64,000 nucleotides of DNA from Mobula hypostoma (GCF_963921235.1 NC_086128.1:26474001-26538000); one strand, 5' to 3'; counted from the first letter of the stretch, positions 1 to 12,500 are shown. Notes: generated by a model from the letters alone, not told the origin. Numbers and translations are program-made.

Positions 1-461
1 ACTTTGGTAGAAGGAATAAAGGCGTAGACAACAGTCAAAATAGGAAGAAAATTCGGAAATCATAAGTTCATCCTGGGAATGAAAGGGTTAATGTATGAGG
101 AGTATTTGATGGCTCTAGGCCTCTGGAGTTGAGAAGAATGAGAGGGGATCTCATTGAAACCTATTGAATATTGATAGGCCGAGATAGAGTGGACGTGGAG
201 AGGATGTTTCCTATAGTGGGGGAGTCTAGGACCAGAGAGCACAGCCTCAGATCACTAGGACATTGATTTAGAACAGAGATGAGGAGGAATTTCTTTAGCC
301 AGAGATGGTAAATCTATGGAATTCATTGCCACAGAAGGCTGTGAAGTAACTGAGTATATTTAAAGTGGAGGTTGATAGGTTTTTGATTGGTCAGGGTGTC
401 ACAGGTTATGGGGAGAAACTGGAGAATGGGGTTGAGAGAGATAATACATCAGCCAAGATGG
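1..461 (+). mobile_element. CR1-type LINE 3' end, interrupted by the LTR element; tail resumes at 1780-1843
   Basis: Same CR1 3' motifs recur throughout the window (e.g. 8260-8640, 14450-14760). The tail 'tcagccaagatgg / aatgacagagcagactcaatgggccgaatggcc' is split by the insertion. Confidence 0.8.
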
Positions 462-1779
462 TGTTAAGAGTGATTTTTGGGTTTAGGACATATACATTTA
501 GCAATTGACTTTGACTACCAATCTTCACATCTGAATATGCATCTTTTCTGACTGTTTTGTGGAATAAAGAAGCTGCTTTGTATCAACCAGTAACTTTTCT
601 CTGGTGACTTCATTCACGCAACAACATTTTCCCCTTTAAAAGAACGATACCTTTCTTCATTCCTGGCATACCCTGCAGTTGCCTGTGTACCATCTCGCAC
701 CCCCTGGGCCATCCTGTCTCACATACTCCTCAGGTATTTTGCTTTTATGAACACATGTATATCTTTAAGGTGCATCTGGTGAAATTCAACCACTTCCTCA
801 AGCTTGCGCCAGAATTCCGAATTTCCACAGGCGACTTTAAGTGAGGGCAACTCGGACAAAATGCTCTGTTTTTCCCCGGGGGTGCAGGGCTTATGAATAG
901 TCATAATCAAGGTTAAGGGTTGGCTCGGATTATCAGGGTTCTCAACCTGACATTGCCTGACCTCAATAGGTGCCATTCTGGTAGATATATCTGGGTAAAA
1001 CCTCTCCCTGAGATATCCACAAACTACTTCCCACACTACGCAAAATATAAAAGATGGGTACCAGTTAATCAGCACATGCTTAAAACCGCAGAGTATGTAT
1101 TCCACAATCTGCCACTTTTGAATACCTGAACTCATGATGCCTGCTGTATTCCTTTACATCACACTTGCAAAATGTGTACGCTAAAATGCAGCTCCCTGAA
1201 TGAGTATACACGCCCCCACTCTGGCATCCCGAACCGTCGGTAACCACCCTTCACAACTGGTGGCTCCGTCTCACCAAGTTAACACGCAAAGTTTCGTCTC
1301 TGACATAAACACACATGCACGCGCACACACTACTTTTATATCTACCAGTTCAGCTCTCCATCTTCATGATACCTCGTGTTCCCATGTACCACCGACCCGA
1401 ACAGATTTTTAAAAAATACTCACCCATTTAGACTGCTAAGATCGCTGGACACACGATGGGTCACGAAGGTATCCCACTCCTGACACCAAATCTTGTTGCG
1501 TGAATGAAACTGCCAGAGAGAATTACTGGTAGATACAAAGCAGCTTCTTTATTCCACAAAACAAGGTACAACCTTCACACCTCCTGATTCACATCCACAC
1601 TGCAGACATCCAAATGAATTTTAATCAGCATTGTCTGGTCCGGGAATCACAGCTTTTAGGAACCTGTTGTTCAGAGTTGCACTCCAAATTAAATCCACAG
1701 TACATTTTCAGATGTGAAGACCGGTAGCCAAAGTCAATTGCTAAATGTATATGTCCTAAACCCAAAAATCACTCTAACA
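462..1779 (-). mobile_element. Non-autonomous ERV/LTR element with inverted LTRs (5' LTR 1779-1491, PBS 1488-1471, PPT 637-627, inverted second LTR 462-626)
   Basis: TGTT...AACA termini and a 4-bp TSD ATGG (458-461, 1780-1783). Minus-strand TGGTGTCAGGAGTGGGAT is complementary to the tRNA-Leu(CAG) 3' end. Purine tract AAAGGGGAAAA abuts the second LTR. 462-626 is the reverse complement of both ends of 1491-1779. Confidence 0.85.
719..1135 (-). pseudogene. Gag-like ORF remnant inside the LTR element
   Basis: Lies downstream of the PBS. HKPCTPGEKQSILSELP resembles, from memory, the capsid motif of fish/amphibian epsilon-like retroviral Gag; not verified by search. Confidence 0.45.
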
Positions 1780-1983
1780 ATGGAATGACAGAGCAGACTC
1801 AATGGGCCGAATGGCCTAATTCCGTTCCTATCTAATGGTCTTAAGGGGGATTGGGGGGTGAGGAAGAGAGAAGGGAAGAATGAGGAGGGAGAGAAGAGGA
1901 TACGAGGAGTGAGAGAAGGGAGGAGAGCAGGGATATGGGGGGGGGGTGGAAATCGAGAGAGGACAGGTCTTACAAGATCTCGC

Positions 1984-2103
1984 CTTCCCCTCCATGAGTG
2001 GGTGGTTGATGGATACATCTGGACGGTTGGCTCCCTGGGACATCTGCTCCGTCTCCTTGACTTTAACCTCTGCAATTAAGGGTAAGCCAATGTCCAGGGG
2101 AGA
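1984..2103 (-). CDS. ATF7: ATF7 coding exon 4 (SPLDIGLPLIAEVKVKE...MEGK); donor uncertain
   Basis: Acceptor tccctcag at 2104-2105. Peptide resembles ATF7 PLDMSLP..DIKIKEEE. Donor is either GC (AAG|GCGAGA) or GTAAGA 10 nt further. Confidence 0.7.
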
Positions 2104-2206
2104 CTGAGGGACATGTCCGGAGGAGGCAGTTAGTGGAGGATGCTCGCACTCCATTCCTCCTCACCACCCACCTCCTTCACCCTCACCGCCCAACTCATTA
2201 ACTGAC

Positions 2207-2325
2207 CTTTTTGCACTCTTCCTCGTCTGCCTTCTTGAACTCTTGCTCAAAGGGATTTGCCAGCTCTGTGAACAGCCCAACCTCCTCACAATTTTTCAGG
2301 AAGCGGGTAGGTGTAGGGGTCTGGT
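2207..2325 (-). CDS. ATF7: ATF7 coding exon 3 (DQTPTPTRFLKNCEEVGLFTELANPFEQEFKKADEEECKK)
   Basis: Canonical AG/GT sites. ATF2/ATF7 activation domain with the MAPK TPTP phosphosites; phase consistent with neighbouring exons. Confidence 0.95.
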
Positions 2326-2589
2326 CTGTTCCAGGCATGGGGGGTGAGATGGAGAGAAAGACAGTGCTTATGGCAAGGAACAAGCACACAGCCCCTCTAA
2401 AGCCCTGCTGAACCTCCTCCCTTACATCCTGCCTAAATCTCTGAGGGTGGCATCTCCCATGCACATGAGTCCAGCAGCCCCTCAAACAGGCAGGAAAGGG
2501 GGTGGGAGGGGAGACGTACACGCACAGAGAGGAAGAGGAACGCTGATACAGGCTGGTGTGTGTACATACAAACACAAAAACAAGCAGAC

Positions 2590-2876
2590 TGTGGACTCAC
2601 TCAACTCCACCACTGACACAACCCTCCCCACCAAATTCAAGAGGCGATGCCTCAAGAATGCAGCATTCATCATTTAAGGACTCTCACCATCTGGGACACA
2701 CCTTCCTCTCATCACTACCATCAGGAAGGAAGTACAGGAGCTTGAAGACCCACACTCCATGATTCAGTAACAACTTCCTCCCAACCAGCTTCCCAATCAC
2801 ATTTCTGAATGGTCCATGAGCCCATAAACACTCACTATTCTTCTTTTGCAGTATTTATTTATTTTGTAATTTGTAT
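2590..2876 (+). mobile_element. Rex/Babar-type LINE 3' fragment
   Basis: FKRRCLKNAAFII resembles the C-terminus of the minus-strand element at 24459-24734 (FKERCLRKAVSIIKD). Confidence 0.6.
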
Positions 2877-3217
2877 CAGTGGTCCCCAACCTCTGGGCCG
2901 CGGACCGATACATTGCCGCGAAGAATATAACGGTACAGCGGTGGCCAGAACGCACACAGCACATCTTTAAGAAAAAAGCCTAAATAAACAAGCTAATTAA
3001 TTAGGTGCCGCCCAGCAAGTAAATGTCAGCCCAGATCAGAGGTATTGCCGATTGCGCCGCCTCTGATCTGGGCTGACATTTACGTGCTGAGTGGCACCTA
3101 ATTAATTAGCTTGTTTATTTAGGCTTTTTTCTTAAAGATGTGCTGGGTGCGTACCGGCTACCGCTGTATTCTTCACAGCAATGCATCGGTCCGCAGCCTG
3201 GAGGTTGGGAACCACTG
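2877..3217. mobile_element. Palindromic hAT(Charlie)-like MITE, 341 bp
   Basis: Termini CAGTGGTCCCCAACC / GGTTGGGAACCACTG. The whole element is an inverted repeat centred near 3050. Imperfect 8-bp TSD atttgtat / atttatag. Confidence 0.85.
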
Positions 3218-3386
3218 ATTTATAGTGATTTTGCACTCTCAACAGTGGCTGGGAGAGAGACAGAGACTCAAGAGGTAGTGAGACACACACTCATACCGAT
3301 AAACTTGCTTCGTAAATCTTGTTTAACCCACCCCCACAAAACCACCTGCCCCCATACTTGAAGAATACAACCTCATGCCCACCTAC

Positions 3387-3480
3387 CCGCAACGATGACC
3401 CCATCACGACCTGGCCCGAACTTGAGGGTCATCTCATGTTTGTGTTTGTGGACAGCCAGGTGGTCTTCGTTGGTGAATCT
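3387..3480 (-). CDS. ATF7: ATF7 coding exon 2 (RFTNEDHLAVHKHKHEMTLKFGPGRDGVIVA)
   Basis: Canonical splice sites, 94 nt; second half of the ATF2/7 C2H2 zinc finger. Confidence 0.95.
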
Positions 3481-3948
3481 CTGTGGGGGGGGGGGGGGAA
3501 GGAAGGACACAGTTAGACCAGCCCACTCGCAGGGTGAGGGGGGAGGGAAACAAATTAGGCATTTCCTTTTACCGGATTGGCTCCAGCCCCAGCTGACTCT
3601 CCTCTTCTCACCCCTCCTCTAAACCAGAGTAATCACCTTCATACTTGTTACCCCTGACCCTTGGCAATATGGAGGTGGGAAGGAGTGAGCCCCCCGCCCC
3701 ACCCCACAGTACGTGTTTTAATGGGAGGGAGTGGGAAACCGTGTTTCTGAACCTCCACAGTCCGTGTGGTGTGGTTGGGGAGGAATGTCTCCCTGATATA
3801 CCAGTCCGTATAGTGAAGATTCCTTTGCACAGTAAACTGAGTCACAGAGTCACGCACATAGAAACAGGCCCAAGTCCAACCTGAGGATTGTCCCAGCCAG
3901 TGTCAAGCTTCTTCAGAGCTGTTGGAGCCACACTCACCCCAGGAAGGG

Positions 3949-4585
3949 GGAGTGTTCCATCACACTCCTGACCTGTAGACAGTGGAGAGGTAATGTGGTG
4001 GATGTGTAGTACATGGACTAACTCCACCTGGGAAAGTAGAGAATGTTCCATCACACTCCTGACCTGCAGACAGTGGAGAGGTAATGCGGTGGATGTGTAG
4101 TACATGGACTAACTCCACTCAGGCAAGTGGGGAGTGTTCCATCACGCTCCTGACCTCTAGACAGTGGAGAGGTAATGTGGTGGATATGTAGTACATGGAC
4201 TAAATCCATCCGGGCAAGTGGGGAGTGTTCCATCACACTCCTGACCTGTAGACGGTGAAGAGGTAATGTGATGGATGTGGAGTACATGGACTAACTCCAC
4301 ATGGGGAAGTAGGGAGTGTTCCATCACACTCCTGACCTGTAGACAGTGGAGAGGTAATGTGGTGGATGTGTAGTACATGGACTAACTCCACTCAGGCAAG
4401 TGGGGAGTGTTCCATCACGCTCCTGACCTCTAGACAGTGGAGAGGTAATGTGGTGGATATGTAGTACATGGACTAAATCCATCTGGGCAAGTGGGGAGTG
4501 CTCCATCACACTCCTGACCTGTAGACGGTGAAGAGGTAATGTGATGGATGTGGAGTACATGGTCTAACTCCAACTGGGCAAGTGT
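3949..4585. repeat. 91-bp minisatellite, about 7 copies, with a 273-bp (3-mer) superperiod
   Basis: gttccatcac recurs at 3954, 4045, etc. ORFs 4051-4287 and 4324-4560 are near-identical at offset 273. Confidence 0.9.
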
Positions 4586-4714
4586 GGAGGGGGACTCGGT
4601 GATAGAACACTTTGTGGCACGAGGAAGGGAGTTCCTTCAGCACAGGTGCATCTGCTCATACCCCAGGGATGCAACCAATAACCTTAGGACCACCAGACAA
4701 TGATTACCACTCAC

Positions 4715-4762
4715 CTGCCCACACCCTGGTGCAGAGCAGACAAACGGTCTGTCATCTCCCAT
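4715..4762 (-). CDS. ATF7: ATF7 first coding exon (MGDDRPFVCSAPGCGQ); exon starts at 4784
   Basis: ATG at 4762, acceptor ctacag, donor cag|gtgagt. The MGDDRPFVC start is ATF7-type. The bZIP exons lie left of the window. Confidence 0.95.
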
Positions 4763-5089
4763 CTTCACAGCTGCCTGGACTCAGCTGTAGGGGGTGGGAG
4801 TAGAGAGAGGGAGAGGGAGAAATGTTACACACTTGTCAGATACACCAGCCCCCCTCTTTGTTCAGAAGTTCCATCCATCCCCAGTGCCTTGCTCTATAGC
4901 CTGCTGATTGGTAGATGGAAGTGATTGTCCCTCTCTTGTGGCACTACCCCCTCAGAAACAGCTCACCAATATGAGAAGGCATGTTTAAACCAATGGGTTT
5001 AAAGGGACCGGGGATTGAGATCCAGGTGGGTTTAATGCGAGTGGGGAAGTGGGATCCTGGTAGGTTTAACTTGAGCCAAATCACTAGTC

Positions 5090-5850
5090 TCACTAATATA
5101 ATGCTAATATTAGCAGCAATTGAGCAGACAGCAATTATAAACTGATTATTAATGAAACTATTACTGACAGTACTGCACAGACTGAAATAGTAATTAGCAT
5201 TTATAATACCATCGCCATCAGTAATTGTAAGACAGCATGAATATTACTAACCAGTTTACTATTACTAGCAGTAACTACAGACACCAGTAGTAAACTGATT
5301 AGTAATAATACCTTTACATGCATTAACAAAAGTAAACTGATATTAGCAGTGATTATGAAGAGTGATAGTTAACATTATATTACTAACAGCATTACTAATC
5401 AGTTTACTAACAGTGACTAAAAAGATAATAGCTAACTGATTAGAAATAATAGTATTATTAATAACAATTGTAAAGTCAGCAATACTATTAGCAGTAATTA
5501 TGCAGACAGCAATAAACTGATCAGTAATATTAATCGCAACTTTGAAGATAGCAATAGCAATTGTTCAGTAATAATACTATTACTAGCAAAATTGTGAAGA
5601 TAATTACAGTGCTTAGTAATACCACTATTATTGCTAGCAATATTGACTAATAGTAAATTGTTTAGCATTATTACTGATCACCCATTACCAAATAGCAGCA
5701 TTATTTCTACCAATACCAGTCAACAACCGCATCACTAACAGGACAAATACTAGGAATGGCTATAGTGATGGCAGTTTTATCGCTCATTAAGAGCAGCTAT
5801 GATGGTGACAATAACCCCCAGTAATCAATTTAAATAACAGTAGAAATCCA
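5090..5850. repeat. AT-rich degenerate trinucleotide-like low-complexity tract
   Basis: Recurrent aat/att/act/agt/agc triplets (e.g. actattactagcagtaa). Confidence 0.6.
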
Positions 5851-5859
5851 CATGGACCA

Positions 5860-6800
5860 GCCGAAATCGATTAACCAGCCCACTCCGCCTTACCTCTGCG
5901 CGAGTTTACCCTGAAACATCGCTAACTAACCCAGCAGTCACTAATAACCAGGGGTAATACCACCATTATACCAAACAACTTCCTCCAGAGAGACACCCAC
6001 ACCGAGAAACCCAATTGGTTAGCCGCCACGTCCATCAGAGCCAGATTCCACTCCCTATTGGAACACTACAGCATCTGTCAGAATCGGATCCCGCCCTTAC
6101 ACTGCCGCGTCCGTGAGCCAAATCTCCATCCTCTATTTGTCTAACATCCCGTCAATCAGAGCCCAATATCGTCCCCACTCAATCCCCATCGGTCGACCGG
6201 TGCACTCGGAGCCATCGCTGACTCGACGATGGTCATGTCAATCAGCACGCAGCGTGGAACCGCCCACCAAACAAACTGTGATTGGCGAGCACTGGAGCAT
6301 CCGTAGCCGCCGTCGATATCCGTCACGGCGAGAGACCAGGATACCATCTCTCTCCTCCTCCCGCCTCCGCCGCTTCTCCCGTCAACTGGGAGCCGCGACG
6401 ACGGCAGCGGAACCTCGAAGGGGTGTGTGGGTGTTGTAGGGAGTAGGGTTTAGTTGAGACGCCAGCCAACCCGTTAAACCCGAGCACTATGAACTGTCTT
6501 AGGGAGAAGAAACCGCTCACCGCGAGAAGCCTGCGCCCTCGCCCACTTCTCGCGAGAATGACCGCAGGTTCGTGACGTAAATAGGGCTACCGCAGGTGTT
6601 TGGTGGGAGGGTGGGAGTGCCGCGGAGAGTAGAGAAGGGAACTCGCCCTCAGGTGGCTGGAGGACCGTCACTGCACTAGAGGCGGCGATGGCAGCTCGGA
6701 GGAGCGGTGCTGTTGGGTTAGGGAGGGGAGCAACAGACAGCATCACCTACAGATGGTGGGGCTGCTACCGCAGGTGGTCCGCATCGCCACTTTGTCAATG
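5860..6800 (-). promoter_or_regulatory. ATF7: CpG island: ATF7 promoter and non-coding first exon(s)
   Basis: High CpG density, several CCAAT boxes, GC box, CRE-like TGACGTAA at 6573-6580. Minus-strand donors cg|gtgagc (6519-6520) and gag|gtaagg (5892-5893). Confidence 0.7.
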
Positions 6801-7599
6801 GTGCGGATTATCCTGCTGCAATGGAACTGTAGCCCCACTCTTTGTCCATACCTATTTGCTGTCGCCTATAAATACACCCTAGGCCTTTGCACAAACCAGT
6901 AAACTGTCTGCTAAAGTATAAAAACACTCCAACCCTTCATACAAATTGCATGACAACGAAATGATAATTGTGCCTCAGACCTTTGTACAAACTTGTAAAC
7001 TGTTAAATTATAACTGCTGTGAGCCAAACTGAAGCTGTAACTGGGAAATACAAGTCTTAACGCAGCAAACCTTCAGGAGAGTGAGTCACTATCCTGACAC
7101 GATATTTTATAAACACACGAAATGCTGGAGGAACACAGCTCAGGCAGCATCCATGAAAAGGAATACAAACAATCGACATTTTGGGCCGAGACCCTTCATC
7201 AGTGTTTACAATGTTTTATACTACTTACACAAGAAAGATTAAAAATGATTAACTACAGTTTCAATTGCTATAATCACATTTGGAATACAGTCATGTATAT
7301 TTACAGGATTATGTATTTATAATGGTGACATCCCAAATAGCAGAATTCATTTGAATATTTAATATTGGTCTGTTCTAAAGACCCGAGTGCAAACTCCATA
7401 CACCCACAATATAACCCTTTTCTTACAGTGTTGAGGATGGCTCCATGAATATACAACTGACCAGAAGGTTAACTAACAGATGTGTCCTTACAGGTGATAG
7501 CAGGGATACACTTTTAACAATGTAACAGAAACATTCCCTTATGTAGCTTCAATGGGACAGAATCAAAATATACCACATCCAGTGATTGATCTCGTGATA

Positions 7600-8640
7600 A
7601 AATAAGGCTGAAGTCACATTGGTTAAGGGAAAATCTTGCCTAACAAATCTATTTGAATTATTTTGAGGAAATGACAGGCAGGATAGAGCCCATGGTATTA
7701 CAGGAAAGATACCTAGCATGGATAAAAGACTGGTTGACTGGCAAGAGGTAAAAAGAGGGAAGAGGGGATGCTGGTGACAAGTGGTGTTCCACAGGGGTCA
7801 GTGTTAGAACAGACTCCATTTCATGTTATACGTCACTGATTTGGAGGAGGCACTTGATGGCTTTGTGGCCAAATTTGTGAATGATACAAAAATAGGTGGA
7901 TGGGCAGGTGGTGTTGAGAAAGCAGGGAGGCTGTAGGACTTTGACAGATCAGGTGAGTGGAACATGGAATACAGTGTCAGGAAGTTAATGGGCATAAACT
8001 ATTTTCAAAGTGGAGAGAAAATTCAGAAATCAGGGGTGCAAAGGGACTTGAGTCCTTGTACAGGATTCCCTAAAGGTTGAGTGAGTGCAAGGTAGGCAAA
8101 TGCAATGTTAGTATTTATCTCATAAATGAAGGATGTAATGCCGAGGCTTGATAAAACACCGGTGAGACTATATTTGGAGTATGGCAAACAGTTTGGGCCT
8201 CTTATCTAAGAAAGGATGTACTGGCATTGGAGAGGGTCCAAAGGAGGTTGATAAAAATGATCCCGGGAATGAAAGGGTTAACATATGAGAAGGCTTTTGA
8301 TGGCTCAGGGCCTGTATTCACTTGGGATCTATTTAAAAGCCAAGATAGAGCGGATGTTTCCTATAGTGGGGGAGTCTAGGACCAGAGAGCAAGGAGGAGG
8401 AACTTCTTTAGCCCGACGGTGGTGAATCTATGGAATTCATTGCCACAGACAGCTGTGCAGGCCAAGTCACTGGGTATATTTTAAGGGTAGGTTGATAGGT
8501 TTTTGATTAGTAAGTGCATCAAAGGTTATGGGGAGAAGGCAGGAGAATGAGGTTGAGTGGGAAAATAAATTAGCCATCATGGAATGGCAGAGCACTCAAT
8601 GGGCCAAATGGCCCAATTCTGCTCCTTATGTCTTATAGTG
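7600..8640 (+). mobile_element. Decayed CR1 LINE (RT and 3' end)
   Basis: Degenerate 'GVPQGSVL' and 'KFVNDTKIGG' RT motifs at about 7780-7900; CR1 tail. Confidence 0.75.
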
Positions 8641-8724
8641 CAATGGACTAAGCAGAATAATCGTTCAGCACAAACTAGATGGACTAAAGAGCCTGTTACT
8701 GTTGGGGCTTAGCATGAAGTTTTG

Positions 8725-9355
8725 TTTAGAGATGCGGTGCTGAACAGCCCCTTCCAACGCAATAAACTGCACCACCCAGCAATCCACCGATTTAACTCCA
8801 GCTTAACCACAATTTACAATAACCAATTAACTTACTAAACAGTAGGTCTTTGAACTGTGGCAGGAAACTGGAGCACCCAGAGGAAACCCACTCATTCACG
8901 GGGAGGACGTCGAAATTAAACTCCGAAGCCCTGAGCTGTAACAGTGTTGCACTAACTGCTACGCAACTGTGGCACCAGTGATTAGAATTCAATTCGTGAC
9001 ACTAACAGTAAAGAGTTTGTATGTTATCACCATTACCATGAAAGTTTTCTCCAGATACTCCTGTTTCCTCCCATGTTGCAAAGACACATGGGTTAAGTTG
9101 TGAACATGCTGTATTATGGGCAGCATAGAAATTAACAGTAATGCTATTGCAGAGCCAGCAACTGGGTTCAATTCCTGCCGCTGTGTGGAGTTTGTACGTT
9201 CTCTCCATGACCACATAATTTTCCTCCCACATTCCAAGCCCTTTGGAATTAGTAGGTTAACTGGCTACATGAGTGTCATTGGGCAGCACAGGGTTTGTTG
9301 GGCCAGAGAGGCCTATTAGCATGCTTATCCCTAAATAAATAAATAAATAAATAAA
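8725..9355. mobile_element. Two adjacent SINE-like elements in opposite orientation, ending in (TAAA)n
   Basis: 8730-8980 is similar to 19010-19270 and 24060-24200; (taaa)n tail at 9332-9356. Confidence 0.55.
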
Positions 9356-9549
9356 ATGCTGTAGTGCTCTATGACTCTCTGTTTGGTAACTTGTCAAATC
9401 TACACAAGTTTCTATGAAAGTAGAGGTGCTATTGTGACACTTCTGCGCCGGTCCCAGGACAGACCCATGTTATCCCTCTTTGTACCATGTCACTTATGTG
9501 AATGTTTATGTCTTTACACTGACTACTGCTGGAAATCCCATTTCCCAAA

Positions 9550-12500
9550 ATACAGAGCATATAGCACAATACAGGCCCTTCAGCCCACGATGTTGTACAG
9601 GACTTTTAACCTACTCCAAGTTCAATCTTGCACTTCACTCCTACACAACCCATAGCCCTCCATTTTCCATACATCCATGTAACAATCCAAGTCTCTTAAA
9701 TGACCCTAATGTATCTGCCTCTAACATCACCCCTGGCAGAGTGTCCTATACTCCCACCACTCTTGATGTTTAAAAAAACTTAACTTTGACATCACCCCCT
9801 CTACTTTTCTTCATTCACCTTAAAAGGATGTCCTGTGGTATTGGCTGTTTCTGCCCTGGGAAAAAGGCACCATTTATCCCCTCTATCAAGTCACCTCTCA
9901 TCCTCCTCCACTCCAAAGAAAAAAGCCTCATCTCACTCAACCGTTCCTCATAAGACAGGCTGTCTAATCCAGGCAGCACCCTAGTAAACCTCCTCTGCAC
10001 CCTCAGAGGAGGGTGAAACACTCACACTCTTCATATAATGAGGTTACCAGAACTGAACACAATGCCCAAAGAGTGGTCTAACCAAGGTTTTATAGAGCTG
10101 CAACATTACCCTACAGCTCTTGAACTCAATCTGACTGAAGGCCAACGCACCATATGTATTCCTAAACAACCGATTAACTTGCATGTCATGAGGGATTTAT
10201 GGATATGGACCTCAAGAAAACAAGGATTCTGATCATCTACCCGATCTATGCTCCTCATGATCTCTTCCCTCAGCCTCATTCACTCCAAAGGAAATGAGCC
10301 CTGCCATGTCTGATGTCTCACTATCACTGATGTCCATGGACCCAGACAATGTTCTGGTGAATCCCCCCTGCAGCATGTTCACATGCTTCCTTTAAGGGTG
10401 AGCAGCTTCAAGCTCCTGGACGTCAACATTTTAGAGCCCTGGGCCCTACACATAGATGCAATCACAAATTTAGTGGTAATACTTCACTAGGTGTTTGAGG
10501 AGACTTGGCATGTCACCGAAGATTTTTAACAAATGTCTACAGATGTACCGTGGAGAGCATGAGATGTACCGACTGGTTGCATCACAGGAGCCTGTGCTAT
10601 TCATGTATTTTTTTGTTTTGCACAGTACTGCTGCTACAAAACAAATTTCATGACATGTCAGTAATTGTGGTGTGGGGGCCAGATTCACACACTGTACTTT
10701 ATGTGCAAACACAGGTCTCTCCTTTGCTGTCCTGTGAAATCAGGTTGCTGCTGCAGACTGGGCAGCTTGCTTTGGGGTGAAGCCCTGGCTAAGTTCTTTA
10801 AGACCAGAAGATATTGGAATAGAATTAGGTCATTCAGCCCATCGTGTCTGCTCTGCCATTTGATCACTGCTGACTCATTTCCCTCTCAATCCCATTCTCC
10901 TGCCTTCTCCCTGTAACCTTTCATGCCCTGACTAATCAAGAAACTATCAAGCTCTGCCTTAAATACACCCAATGACCTGGCCTCCATAGTCACCCGTGGT
11001 AAGAAATTACTCTTTAACTCTTATAAATGGATGTCCCTCTATTCCGAAGTTGTGCCTTGTGGTCCTAGACTCCCCTACTATAAGAAACATCTTCACATCC
11101 ACTCTATCTAGGCCTTTCAACATTTGTTAAGTTTCAGTGAGATTCTCCCCTCATTCTTTTGAATTCCAGTAAGTGCAGGCCTTCATACACTCCATCAAAT
11201 GCTCCTCATATAAGTCTTTCAATCCTGAAATCATGTTTTGTGAACCTCCTTTGAACCCTCTCCAACGTCAGCACATCCTTTCTTGGATAAGGGGCCCAAA
11301 ACTGCTCACAATACCAAGTGAGGCCTTGCCAGCGTCTTATAAAAGCTCAGCCTTATATCCGTTTTTATATTCTATTCCTCTTGAAACGAATGCGAACATT
11401 TCATTTGCCTTCCTCATCACTGACTCAAGCTGCAAGTTAACATTTAGGGAATCCTGGCACAAGGACTCCCAAGTCCCTTGGGACCTCAGTTTTAAATTTT
11501 CTCCCCATTTAGAAAATGGTCTGTTTTTATTCCTTCTACCAAGGTGCATGACCATACACTTCCCAACACTATATTCCATCAGCCACTTCTTTGCCCATTC
11601 TCCTAATCTGTTAAAGTCCTTCTGCAACCTTCCTGCTTCTTTAAAACCACGTGCCTCTCCACCTATCTTTGTATCATCTGCAAACCCATCAATTCCGTCA
11701 TCCAAATCATCGACGTACAACGTAAAAGGAAACGGTCCCAATGCAGCTCTCTGTGGAACACTCTAGTCACCGACAACCAGTCAGAAAAAGCTCCCACTCT
11801 TTGCCAATCAGCCAATGTTCTATTCATGCTAGTATATTTCCTGCAATACCATGGGCTCTTAACCTCCTTTGCGGCACCTTATCAAAGGACTTCTAAAAAA
11901 TCCAAGTACACAACATCCACCGATTATCTTGCTTATTATTTCACTTCATCAGAATTCCGACAGACTCCTTAGGCAAGATTTTCCCTTAAGAAAACTAAGC
12001 TGACTTTGGCCCATTTTATCATGTACCTTCAAGTACCCGCAACCTCATCCACCTAATGGACTCCAACATCTTCCCAGGGCTTAGGCTAGATGGCCTACAA
12101 TTTCCTTTCTTCTGCCTCCCTCTTTCAAAAAGCCTGAAAGCACATATCACCAGGCTCAAGAACAGCTTCTATCAGTTATCAGACTACTGAATGGTCACCC
12201 CCCACCCCCCAGTCAGCAAGATAGATTCTTGGCCTTACAATCTACCCTGTTAAGATCTCGCACCACACTGTTTTATGAACAGTATGAAAGACAAGCTTTT
12301 CATTGTATCTCAGCATATGTGTCAATAATAAACTAATACCAAAACCCTTTGGGAAAGACTGTGACCACCCACCTTATTTACACCACTTGTGGTTTTATAA
12401 ACCTTTCGGGTCATCCCTCAACCTCCTTAAATCCAGGCAAAACAGTCCTAGCCTGTCCAGTCTTTCCTCATTAACCAAGCCCTCCAGTCCTGGCAACATC

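Noticed and set aside
3949-4585. atcacactcctgac in the 91-bp repeat resembles the tRNA-Leu 3' end
   Set aside because: A 13/14-nt match with no cloverleaf or A/B boxes; probably chance.
12243-12265. TACCCTGT, similar to the start of Hox-linked miR-10
   Set aside because: Only 8 nt match, no hairpin seen, and it lies within a LINE tail.
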